A stretch of DNA of 64,000 nucleotides from an uncultured archaeon (GTDB lineage Archaea; Asgardarchaeota; Lokiarchaeia; Sigyniarchaeales; SOKP01), in assembly GCA_964583985.1 (NCBI GenBank), contig CAZOYD010000002.1, positions 32,001 through 96,000 on the forward strand. The letters are read 5' to 3'. The notes under the pieces are model-generated. The model worked only from the letters and a program-made list of their open reading frames with translations. It had not been told where the DNA came from and did no database searches. A program made the translations under genes and the position numbers. Positions 9,401-17,990 of this stretch are shown here, in pieces (the stretch's first letter is position 1; the number at the start of each line of letters is the position of its first letter).

Positions 9401-10744
9401 TTAATTTTTCTCCCATTCAAAATCAAGCTTTACAAACTTTTTCGTGTAGAAGTAAGAGGCAAGTAAGATCACAGAGCATATAGGCCCCCACAATACCAAT
9501 CCTAAGGAATAAGTTAAACTCCCAACGGTTATAGGTGCTAATGCCAAAATTGATCCTACAATTAAAGGTCCAAAGGCTTGAAATATGTTAAGTACGATAC
9601 TCGGAAAGCCAACGTAAATACCTGCTTTCAATTCTCCTGTTTTTTTTTCGTCATCTTCCGCTAAATCTGCATAGTAGATATATGGAAAGAGATACCATCC
9701 TCCTAAGGCAGTTGCAATAATTAGAATAAAAATAATTCCAAATATTATGTTACTTGCAAATGGAATTAATCCAATTAATGATACTGGTAATAAGATCACA
9801 GCGAACAAAAATAAATATAATAGAGTTTGCTTTTTCCCTTTGTGTTGAATTAATCTTCTCCATGTATATAAAGCTCCAAATATACCCAAAACTAAAAATA
9901 TGGCAACAATATAATAATTTATACCGCTTAATCCTAAGACCTGTGCCACGAACACTAGCATGACGGTGGTAATTATTGACCATGCAAAACTTGCTATTCC
10001 CTGCATAAACACGATTAGCATATAATTTTTATTTCTAATAATTGTAATTAGGTTTTTAATTAAACTGGAATCCATTTTAAAATTGGGTTCTGTAGGCATT
10101 GTAAAGACGCTTGTGATATAGAAAATTATTACAATGATACCAAAGATGATAATTGGATATAAAACCAAGCTTGGAATTACATTGATTATATTATCAAATG
10201 ATGGAGTTAGAATCAGTAATGTAAAAAGAAGCATTATTGTATTACCAATATAGTTCATAGTGTTTTGGATTTGAGATACTTTAGGGCGTTCTCCCGAAGG
10301 AAATTGTTCTGCCATCCACGCTTGATATGGTGTAGTGACAGAATAAGATACTCTAAAAGTGATATCCCAAATTAATAACCAGATAAAAACAGCCATTTTA
10401 TCACTCATATTCGGTAAAAACAATGGAGGTAGCATCAGAAAAATGAAAGAAATTCCAAGAAATGGTGCCAGAATAAACACATAAGGTTTTCTCCTTCCCC
10501 ATTTCGTGTATTTCCTATCGCTTATCCATCCAAAAATAAACTGAGAAGCAGCAATGCTAAGATATCCCATTGCTTGAGCAAAACCAACAAGAAGTGATGG
10601 AACTCCATATCCAACATAATATAATGCAAACAATGCAGTACCCTCGATTCCAAGAACGATTGAACTTCCGATTCTTGGTGCACTAAAGTTAATTTTTCTG
10701 CCGGTGGAAGTATTTGGTCTAATAATCTCTGAAAGATCACTCAT
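9401..10744 (-). CDS. MFS transporter, GPH/MelB-like
   Basis: About 12 TM helices; GWISDRKYTKWGRRKPY motif A; ADLAEDDEKKTG. Confidence 0.87.
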   Translation of the reverse strand: MSDLSEIIRPNTSTGRKINFSAPRIGSSIVLGIEGTALFALYYVGYGVPSLLVGFAQAMGYLSIAASQFIFGWISDRKYTKWGRRKPYVFILAPFLGISFIFLMLPPLFLPNMSDKMAVFIWLLIWDITFRVSYSVTTPYQAWMAEQFPSGERPKVSQIQNTMNYIGNTIMLLFTLLILTPSFDNIINVIPSLVLYPIIIFGIIVIIFYITSVFTMPTEPNFKMDSSLIKNLITIIRNKNYMLIVFMQGIASFAWSIITTVMLVFVAQVLGLSGINYYIVAIFLVLGIFGALYTWRRLIQHKGKKQTLLYLFLFAVILLPVSLIGLIPFASNIIFGIIFILIIATALGGWYLFPYIYYADLAEDDEKKTGELKAGIYVGFPSIVLNIFQAFGPLIVGSILALAPITVGSLTYSLGLVLWGPICSVILLASYFYTKKFVKLDFEWEKN

Positions 10745-10921
10745 ATAATTTCACAAAATTTCATTTTTTAATTAAATTAAATTAATTAATTTATAAATTA
10801 GATAAAGGGCTATTTAAGGATTTTAATTCTTTAAATACTTTTTAATATTTCTTAAATTAATAGAATTTTTTATCAAATCCTTTAATAATAATAGGGTTAA
10901 AATGCTAGTTACTCTTATCAA

Positions 10922-11119
10922 TTACTCGTCTTCCTCATCCCAACCGAGATCCTTTAGAATTGATTCAAAAGCTTCTGATTCTTTATCCAAAACAAATTCA
11001 TTCTCATATTCTGATGCGGGTCCCAGAAATTGGTTATTGAAATCATGAGGTTTCAGGTCGATGAGAGGCAGTAGAAACTCTACAGGTATTGGTCCTTGTA
11101 CTATTTTTGGTTCTTGCAC
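10922..11119 (-). CDS. Putative 65-aa acidic microprotein (or pseudogene fragment) homologous to the C-terminal tail of the upstream roadblock protein
   Basis: Ends EFVLDKESEAFESILKDLGWDEEDE vs parent EFVLDEESEAFESILKDLGWDEDEEK; GTG start. Confidence 0.5.
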   Translation of the reverse strand: MQEPKIVQGPIPVEFLLPLIDLKPHDFNNQFLGPASEYENEFVLDKESEAFESILKDLGWDEEDE

Positions 11120-11168
11120 CGATTAATCCTCTACTATTTCCATTGGGGCATGTAGGTTCCCTTCAAGA
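10922..11168 (-). repeat. Diverged direct-repeat copy of 11340-11580 (3' end of the roadblock gene)
   Basis: Homology continues upstream of the GTG through an in-frame TAA (11123-11125): LEGNLHAPMEIVED*SVQEP vs LEDYTPMEIEEDASVDEP. Confidence 0.85.
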
Positions 11169-11339
11169 AATTATTACAAATTCAAATTCCAAAACAAATA
11201 ATTATATGAAATCACTTTGAGATTTCGAATGCGTATTTAAAAAAAGAAAGTTGATTAATCCTTGATTTAAAGAGCCTTTAGAAAAATATTCATTTTAAAA
11301 ATATTTTCGAAAAATTTTAAGATTTGTGAAAGAGGAAAT

Positions 11340-12314
11340 TTACTTTTCCTCATCTTCATCCCATCCAAGATCCTTTAGAATGGACTCAAAAGCCTCAGAT
11401 TCTTCATCTAATACAAATTCAACCTCATATTCAGGAGCTGCCTCAAATTCACCTTCAAAATTTGGAGGTGTTAATTCATCGAAGGAAGGTAAAGGACTAG
11501 TTGATATAGGTTCTTGATATATTATAGGTTCATCAACAGATGCATCTTCTTCAATTTCCATGGGAGTGTAATCTTCAAGAGGAATAGGAGGGATCTCATC
11601 ATCATATACCTTAAATTGGGAACTTGAATCCATTTGAACATGTTCTTGACGCTCAATTGTATCCCTTTCGATAGGGGATTCAACTGCTTTCTCATATTCC
11701 ATACCAATGGATTTTGGGATTGATACGATGTTGTTAGGAGGAGTTGTTTCTAGTTCACTCTCATCAACGCCTTCTTTTTCCCAAGTATCTAAAAATCCGA
11801 GTAAATCATCTAATGCTGCTTTATCTTGCTCCACAGATGGTTTGATTACTGATAATTCTTCTTCATCTATTTGGATCCCTAATTTCGCTTTTTCAGAATC
11901 GTCAAGAGACAGCGTCATTTCAGTGATTTTATCCCCCGAAATCAAACGATTTAGCTTTTTTGCCAATTCTCGTAGATATCCTAAGTAGTATCCGATTCTA
12001 AAGACATTTTTTAATCCCCCAAATACGATATATTCATCATTTATAGCTAATAGAATGCTATAACCAAAAGTATTATGAAGAATTATCTCCGTAAGCGCTC
12101 CGTGGGCTGTCGCTTCGCTTAATCGTAAACCTAGATCAATCAGTGCAGTACTTGAAGCAGAAGTTGCATCTGCATCTAATTCAGATGATGTAGCGGAAGC
12201 AACTTTGATTCCTACTCTTGAAAGAACTGCTAAATTCTCTAAATCTGTTTTTTTTTCCTCATTACTGAGGATATTCATCATGTTTTCTCTTATATCTTGA
12301 GCGAGGGACGACAT
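11340..12314 (-). CDS. Roadblock/LC7-domain protein with a long acidic, Pro-rich disordered C-terminal extension
   Basis: N-terminal ~125 aa: LAVLSRVGIKVAS, SASSTALIDLG, LTEIILH..GYSILLAI, GYLRELAKKL roadblock pattern; followed by a D/E/P-rich tail. Confidence 0.8.
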   Translation of the reverse strand: MSSLAQDIRENMMNILSNEEKKTDLENLAVLSRVGIKVASATSSELDADATSASSTALIDLGLRLSEATAHGALTEIILHNTFGYSILLAINDEYIVFGGLKNVFRIGYYLGYLRELAKKLNRLISGDKITEMTLSLDDSEKAKLGIQIDEEELSVIKPSVEQDKAALDDLLGFLDTWEKEGVDESELETTPPNNIVSIPKSIGMEYEKAVESPIERDTIERQEHVQMDSSSQFKVYDDEIPPIPLEDYTPMEIEEDASVDEPIIYQEPISTSPLPSFDELTPPNFEGEFEAAPEYEVEFVLDEESEAFESILKDLGWDEDEEK

Positions 12315-12411
12315 TTTTCATCAAATATTGCAGATTGTGACTTTTAATACTAAAATAATAGTAAACAAATATCTATCTATTAAATCATATAATAAAGACT
12401 AATATATTTTT

Positions 12412-13137
12412 TTATGTTTCACTTAAAAATTTATTTAATGTCAATTGAGTAGATGGCGGTTTATCGATCTTTTTAAAGGAATATCCTGTTAATTCAGCGA
12501 TTAATTCTTCAATTTTTTTTATAAGCTCTTCTTTTAATAAATGTTCAGTATTGATTACAAAGATTTTCGTTTTGTTATTTCTTGAAATCAAAAACTCATC
12601 GTAGTATTCAAGGATTTTGAGTAAATATTCTCTTTTATGTTCATTCCATTCTTTTCTTACCGATTCTAAAGAGCCTCGTTGTTGAATGCGTTTTAAAATA
12701 GTTTCTGGTTCAGCAGTAAGGTAAATAACGTAATCTTCTCTCCAATCAACAGAAGTATAAGTGTTTAAAATGAGATCATAATCTTTACTCTTGAGATTTA
12801 ATCCTTTGGAGTATATCAAAACACAAATTGGAGTTCTATCAAGAATTATTATCCTTCCATTATATGTGCTATCAAAATTAATTATATTCTTATTCCGACG
12901 TATTAATTGCTGAAGGAAATGAATTTCACTCCTAAACCCAATATTTTTGTCAGTAGATCCAAATGGAAAGGGTGGATTTTTAATATAACGCTCTGGGAAG
13001 AATTTAAACTTATTATTATCATAATACTTTTTCTTTAACATGTTAAACACGGTAGTTTTACCCACGCCATGAGCGCCCGCTATCGAGATGACGATATTTG
13101 CCTTTTTTCCTTTATTTCGATAGGTTTTTTTACCCAA
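12412..13137 (-). CDS. Deoxynucleoside/thymidylate kinase family protein with a C-terminal PIP-box-like motif
   Basis: P-loop GAHGVGKTT, ILDRT, IYLTAEPETILKRIQQRG lid; C-terminal QLTLNKFL. Confidence 0.82.
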   Translation of the reverse strand: MGKKTYRNKGKKANIVISIAGAHGVGKTTVFNMLKKKYYDNNKFKFFPERYIKNPPFPFGSTDKNIGFRSEIHFLQQLIRRNKNIINFDSTYNGRIIILDRTPICVLIYSKGLNLKSKDYDLILNTYTSVDWREDYVIYLTAEPETILKRIQQRGSLESVRKEWNEHKREYLLKILEYYDEFLISRNNKTKIFVINTEHLLKEELIKKIEELIAELTGYSFKKIDKPPSTQLTLNKFLSET

Positions 13138-13247
13138 ATTTCAAACTCCAATCAAGTATTATGATTTTAAATTTCTATAATTAATAATACCACTAGAGAT
13201 ATGTAATTTTCTCATTATTAAAGTTGTATATTAAAGCATAAAGAGAA

Positions 13248-14342
13248 TCATGGAAATAAAGTGATATTAAAATAGATTATCAGAATAATTATGATATCAT
13301 ATATAATACTCGCTATTATTGTATTAAAAAGATTTCCATTGATTTCGTAAATAATTCCTAACACGGTAAATACCAAGAAGTTGATTAGAAAGAAATATAT
13401 TCCCCCTGGAAATGTAAAGAAGAGTAGGAGTCCAGAATAGATTAATGAGATTGATAAAATAATTGTAATTCGTCCTGTTAATTTGTTATCAAAATATTGT
13501 TTTAAAGCATTATGCAGTACCCCCCGATAGACAATCTCAGTCGATATAGTTCCTAAACATAATAATATTATTAAGGGAATAATCCAAATCAAACCCGCAT
13601 CCCTAATGATCTGATTCTCTTCAATTATATAAGTTTTAACATCATAAACGTTAATTCCAATGTTATACATAAAATCAATGAGAAAATTGGAAGAAAAATC
13701 GATTAAAATTAAGCAACTAGCTCCTACAATGCTGATTAAAATGGTGATGTAGATCTTGTTTTTTATTAAGAATAATCCCAATTTTTTGAAATCGTGTTTT
13801 TTAGAGTAGATATACCATATAGGATAGACACCAAAAATAATAATTGGTATTTGTTGCAGTAATAAGGTTGTCATACTTGGTTTATTTGGGTCCAAAGAGC
13901 TTGATTGACTCACGATTAAAATAATAATTAAAAATCGTAGAAAAATATAAATCATTAAGGAATTACTAAAAACATTAATACCTTCACGGACTGACCACGT
14001 GTCCTTCTTCACGGAGTACTTGTTCTCTGATACGAATTTTTTATTTGTAAATATAACTCCTGCTTTTTTTTGATATTTTTCTTCAGATGCTATTTTTGGT
14101 TGCTTGATAACTTTCTCTAATTTAGTATTACAAATGGGGCATTGTTCCAAAATTGGAGAGTTAATAATTGAACCACATTTAGAACATATTCGTGAATTTG
14201 ATTGAGGTTTTATAGATTGAGGTTTAGTTAACTTAGCTGCTAATTTTCCACAATTTGGGCAATAAGTTTCGGAATTAGCAATTTTAGCACCACAATGAAC
14301 ACAATACTTAATTTTCTTTACAGTTTCTTTATCATCAGACAT
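13248..14342 (-). CDS. Double zinc-ribbon protein fused to a degenerate CPBP/Abi-like membrane domain
   Basis: CVHC/CPNC/CSKC/CPIC; TEIVYRGVL (EExxxRG variant); about 8 TM helices. Confidence 0.72.
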   Translation of the reverse strand: MSDDKETVKKIKYCVHCGAKIANSETYCPNCGKLAAKLTKPQSIKPQSNSRICSKCGSIINSPILEQCPICNTKLEKVIKQPKIASEEKYQKKAGVIFTNKKFVSENKYSVKKDTWSVREGINVFSNSLMIYIFLRFLIIILIVSQSSSLDPNKPSMTTLLLQQIPIIIFGVYPIWYIYSKKHDFKKLGLFLIKNKIYITILISIVGASCLILIDFSSNFLIDFMYNIGINVYDVKTYIIEENQIIRDAGLIWIIPLIILLCLGTISTEIVYRGVLHNALKQYFDNKLTGRITIILSISLIYSGLLLFFTFPGGIYFFLINFLVFTVLGIIYEINGNLFNTIIASIIYDIIIILIIYFNITLFP

Positions 14343-14521
14343 GATACATCATTGATAATAGCTATTCTACATTAAAAAAGGATTATTATTGTTTCTTAGT
14401 GCAATATGGAATCAATTATTTTATAGTTTATCATTATTAATATCATTTTATTAGGGTATTGAACCATTAAAATAGCGGATCAGACAATTTTATTGAAATA
14501 GTTAGAACAACCTCATTTTTA

Positions 14522-15760
14522 TCAAGATGAAAAGGCTAAGTTCCGTTGGGCAAGTTTTGATATTTCCATCATTATTAGCCCATGATAATAAGATATCGAA
14601 TCATAATATACTTCTCCATCATCTCTATTGGCATAAATCAGTGCTAAGTGTGCATTAAGGGCAGCTTTCATTAGTAATACAATTCCATTGTAGATAATAT
14701 TTGGACTCCATATTCCTCGTTCTGGATTTGCCCACCAAGTAGTATCTGAACATATACTTCGATCATAAAACCATTTTGCGGTATTATAATAATTTTCAAT
14801 GTTCCATTCTTTAGTTAAATCTAATGTATCTGCCAAATCCATTAATTTATTTAAGCTTTTGACAATTTTCCAATAATAATTGTGAATTTTATTATGAGTG
14901 TCATTCCAGAGAGGATAAGGATTATTATTTTTCAAATCCTCACAAGATGTACTCCAACTTGAATCCTTGGGTATAATTGTTTGTTTAGCTATAGGAAAAT
15001 ATTTATCGAGTTCTGAAATAAATTCAACTTTTATTTCATCCCGTTCTTCAATAAGATCAAATGTTTTACTTAAAAAAATCCTTTCATATTTTTTAATGTG
15101 ATGCCCAAATGTTTCAGCATCCATAGCTGTGATTATGTATTTATCTTTTTTCCCTTTATTATTCCCATTGTTGAAGAGATTCATCATTTCCTGGATAAAT
15201 TCTTTTGCTTTAATGTTATTAAATGAGATTTTATTACTTAATATATCATCTCTAAAGAATAATTGTAACCCATTTGGTGAACAAAATATCTCTTCAGAGG
15301 GCCAATCAATTGGACATGATATACCACTTATAATCACCCATTTGTATCCTAACTCTTGTATGTATTTAGCAGTTTTAGAACTAATAGAAAGTTCAGGTGG
15401 AAAAAATCCGTTTCTCTCCCAATTTGGAAATATTCTTTTAAGATCTTCTTCATTTAGTCTAATCTGGTTAAGGATTTCTTTTTGAGGTAGTAAAGGGATT
15501 ATTGGATGAAATTTAGCTGTGCCCAAAATTTCAATTTTATTATCTGATTCAAGGTTTTTAAATAAATCAAGCGTGTCACCTAAACCAAACTCATACAATA
15601 AATCAATAAGAATTGTGTTAATATTAACGCAGATTTTAACGGGGTGTTCTTCAAGCATATTTAGTAATGGTTTATAGCATTCTTTGTCGATTTTTTTTAA
15701 CACTTCAAAATCTTGAAAACTGGGTTGGTAAAAATGCAATATTGGTGCCCAAAATATCAT
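14522..15760 (-). CDS. Glycoside hydrolase family 57 (alpha-amylase/amylopullulanase-like)
   Basis: LHFYQP, HPIIPLL, GFFPPEL (nucleophile), AMDAETFGHH, SSW. Confidence 0.9.
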   Translation of the reverse strand: MIFWAPILHFYQPSFQDFEVLKKIDKECYKPLLNMLEEHPVKICVNINTILIDLLYEFGLGDTLDLFKNLESDNKIEILGTAKFHPIIPLLPQKEILNQIRLNEEDLKRIFPNWERNGFFPPELSISSKTAKYIQELGYKWVIISGISCPIDWPSEEIFCSPNGLQLFFRDDILSNKISFNNIKAKEFIQEMMNLFNNGNNKGKKDKYIITAMDAETFGHHIKKYERIFLSKTFDLIEERDEIKVEFISELDKYFPIAKQTIIPKDSSWSTSCEDLKNNNPYPLWNDTHNKIHNYYWKIVKSLNKLMDLADTLDLTKEWNIENYYNTAKWFYDRSICSDTTWWANPERGIWSPNIIYNGIVLLMKAALNAHLALIYANRDDGEVYYDSISYYHGLIMMEISKLAQRNLAFSS

Positions 15761-15818
15761 TTCAATTTCATTCCTTTATGGTTTTAGTAATAATTTTTCA
15801 ATTAGTATAAATGTTGCA

Positions 15819-17366
15819 TTATTTATAACTATCAATAGCCTCTTGACGTTTAAGACAAGAATTACATTTACCACATGGTTCTTGAAAATCTCCATAACAA
15901 CTCCATGTGATGCTAATAGGAACGTGTAATTTATGAGCAAGGTTAATAATTTCACGTTTTGTCTTTTTGGAAAACGGAAAGAAAAAACTAATTTTATGAA
16001 AATCTTTATCATGTTTTGAATTTGCAATTACTTCTTCAAGATTTTTGAAAAAAGAAGGTCTTGAATCAGGAAATTTTTGAAAATCCTCTTGAATATGTCC
16101 TCCAATGATAGTAGTTGCTCCGTACATCTCAGCAAAATAAGCCGCAGTGGAATAAAACATTAAATTTTTAAGCGGTATATACCCCTCGGGAGCATTTGTG
16201 GCAGAAGGGATGGGGTATCCTTCAAGGCGTAAATCAGTTGCCCCCATAACATAAGGAATGGATAATTCGATCAATTTGATTTTCATCATTTCAGCCAATT
16301 TCTTAGCGGCTTCTTTTTCTTTCTCAGGACGCCATTTATAATTCAAAGATAGGGCTATAATTTCATACCCTTCATTTATCGCCCAATAAAGTGAAGTAGC
16401 AGAGTCTATCCCACCTGAAAGCATCAATATCGCTCGCTTTTCAGAATTTTTAATTTCTGGCGCCAATTTTGCTTTCACCGCAGCCTCGATTGCCTTATTT
16501 AATGGATGTAATGTAAAATTCAATGCTTTAGATGTCACAATTCCATCTGTTGTAATATTACATCTCATAACATCAACCATTTCTGGACATAGTCCTAACT
16601 TTTGAGGAGCATTTTCATAAGAAATGAATTTAATATCAGGTTTGGGAATATTCAAGCCAATTGCCTTGATTTGTTCCAAAATTCTTTCAATCAATTGATT
16701 CATATTTGTAGTTTCCATTCCCACTAATTCATAGATCCTATTATTCTCTCCTATTCCTTCTGAAGCATTTAAGAAGGCAGCAACAGCATCTTCGATAAAT
16801 ATGGGTTGCGATGGAACTTTTCCATCACCTACCACAAAAATGGTTCCATCATAGATTTGTTCAATTAGATCTGGAATTAATTCATCACCGGGTCCTAATA
16901 TATAAGATGGCCGAAATATGACATAAGGAGTACTACCCTGGATTAATAGATCCTCTGCTTTCTTTTTTGAGAAGAAATAATTGTTTGTTGCCCAATCCTC
17001 TAAATCAATTTTACTTATTCCAAGTCCAGAGGGATAAATTATTCTCGATATCCCCCCCTTTTCTGCGGCGATTAAAAGATTCTTTAACCCATCTACATTG
17101 ACCTTTTGAAACTGTTCCTTTGTCCCACATACGGTATTGGCAAAATGGATTATTGCTTGACACCCATTAAAAGCATTCTTTAATTGTTCAACGTTAAAAT
17201 TTTCAATTACAAAAGGAGTGGCTCCTAATACTTTAATTTCTCCAATGAGTTCATCTCTACGGATTATTGCGTTCACTAACCATCCCCTTTTAATCGCTGC
17301 TTTTATAGTATTAGTTCCAAGATAACCATTCGCTCCGGTAATTGCTATCTTTTGAATGTTAGCCAT
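15819..17366 (-). CDS. queC: Fusion: N-terminal NAD(P)-binding extended/atypical SDR domain + C-terminal QueC (7-cyano-7-deazaguanine synthase) domain
   Basis: ITGANGYLG, YFFSK, FRPSYILG in aa 1-300; SGGIDS PP-loop, TWSCY, PCGKCNSC Zn site in aa 309-515; next to queD. Confidence 0.85.
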   Translation of the reverse strand: MANIQKIAITGANGYLGTNTIKAAIKRGWLVNAIIRRDELIGEIKVLGATPFVIENFNVEQLKNAFNGCQAIIHFANTVCGTKEQFQKVNVDGLKNLLIAAEKGGISRIIYPSGLGISKIDLEDWATNNYFFSKKKAEDLLIQGSTPYVIFRPSYILGPGDELIPDLIEQIYDGTIFVVGDGKVPSQPIFIEDAVAAFLNASEGIGENNRIYELVGMETTNMNQLIERILEQIKAIGLNIPKPDIKFISYENAPQKLGLCPEMVDVMRCNITTDGIVTSKALNFTLHPLNKAIEAAVKAKLAPEIKNSEKRAILMLSGGIDSATSLYWAINEGYEIIALSLNYKWRPEKEKEAAKKLAEMMKIKLIELSIPYVMGATDLRLEGYPIPSATNAPEGYIPLKNLMFYSTAAYFAEMYGATTIIGGHIQEDFQKFPDSRPSFFKNLEEVIANSKHDKDFHKISFFFPFSKKTKREIINLAHKLHVPISITWSCYGDFQEPCGKCNSCLKRQEAIDSYK

Positions 17367-17515
17367 TATATTCTTAGTTATTTTTTTTTAATTTTTAAGA
17401 TTATCTGATATAAGTTAAAAGATACTTCTAATTTTGAAGAGATTAATTATTTTATGTTTAGTAAGGGAAAAATATAAAAATCTTCTAAATGAATTTTTTA
17501 CAGACTTGATAAGAT

Positions 17516-17983
17516 TTGATTCTTATGAGTTTTAAAGTAATAGTAAATAATAATAGAGTTAAATTTAGTGCAAGCCACTTTTTAAAGGAACCCTTTAAGT
17601 GTTCTCGGCTCCATGGTCATAATTATTATGTTTCAGTAGAAATTGAATCTCAATTAGATGATAATTATTTTGTAGTGGATTTTATTGAATTAAAAAAATC
17701 TTTAGAAAAAGTCGTAAAACCTTTAGATCATTCTTTTCTATTACCATCTTTATCCAAGGAACTTGTTATAATTAATCATGAAGATTCTGTTGAAATAACA
17801 ACTAAAAACGATAAAAAATATGTTTTTCCTAAATCTGATGTAGTGTTTTTACCTATACCAGCAACAACAAGTGAATTATTAGCAAAGTACATACATGAAA
17901 AGCTAAAGTCTATTTATACTAATAAAATAATTACAGTAAAATTAGAGGAAAGTAAAAGCAACATCGCAGTATATCAAGAATGA
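17516..17983 (+). CDS. queD: 6-carboxy-5,6,7,8-tetrahydropterin synthase QueD (6-PTPS family)
   Basis: FSASHF, CSRLHGHNY, VDF, LDH, TSELLA. Confidence 0.9.
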   Translation: MILMSFKVIVNNNRVKFSASHFLKEPFKCSRLHGHNYYVSVEIESQLDDNYFVVDFIELKKSLEKVVKPLDHSFLLPSLSKELVIINHEDSVEITTKNDKKYVFPKSDVVFLPIPATTSELLAKYIHEKLKSIYTNKIITVKLEESKSNIAVYQE

Positions 17984-17990
17984 ATCCTAA

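Noticed and set aside
11123-11125. In-frame stop in the duplicated tail as a Sec/Pyl recoding site
   Set aside because: The codon is TAA, not TGA or TAG, and the parent has Ala at this position
15819-16445. QueC domain as part of a Qat/CBASS/Dpd defence locus
   Set aside because: No TatD, ATPase, CD-NTase or DpdA/TGT-like neighbours; the context is housekeeping with queD
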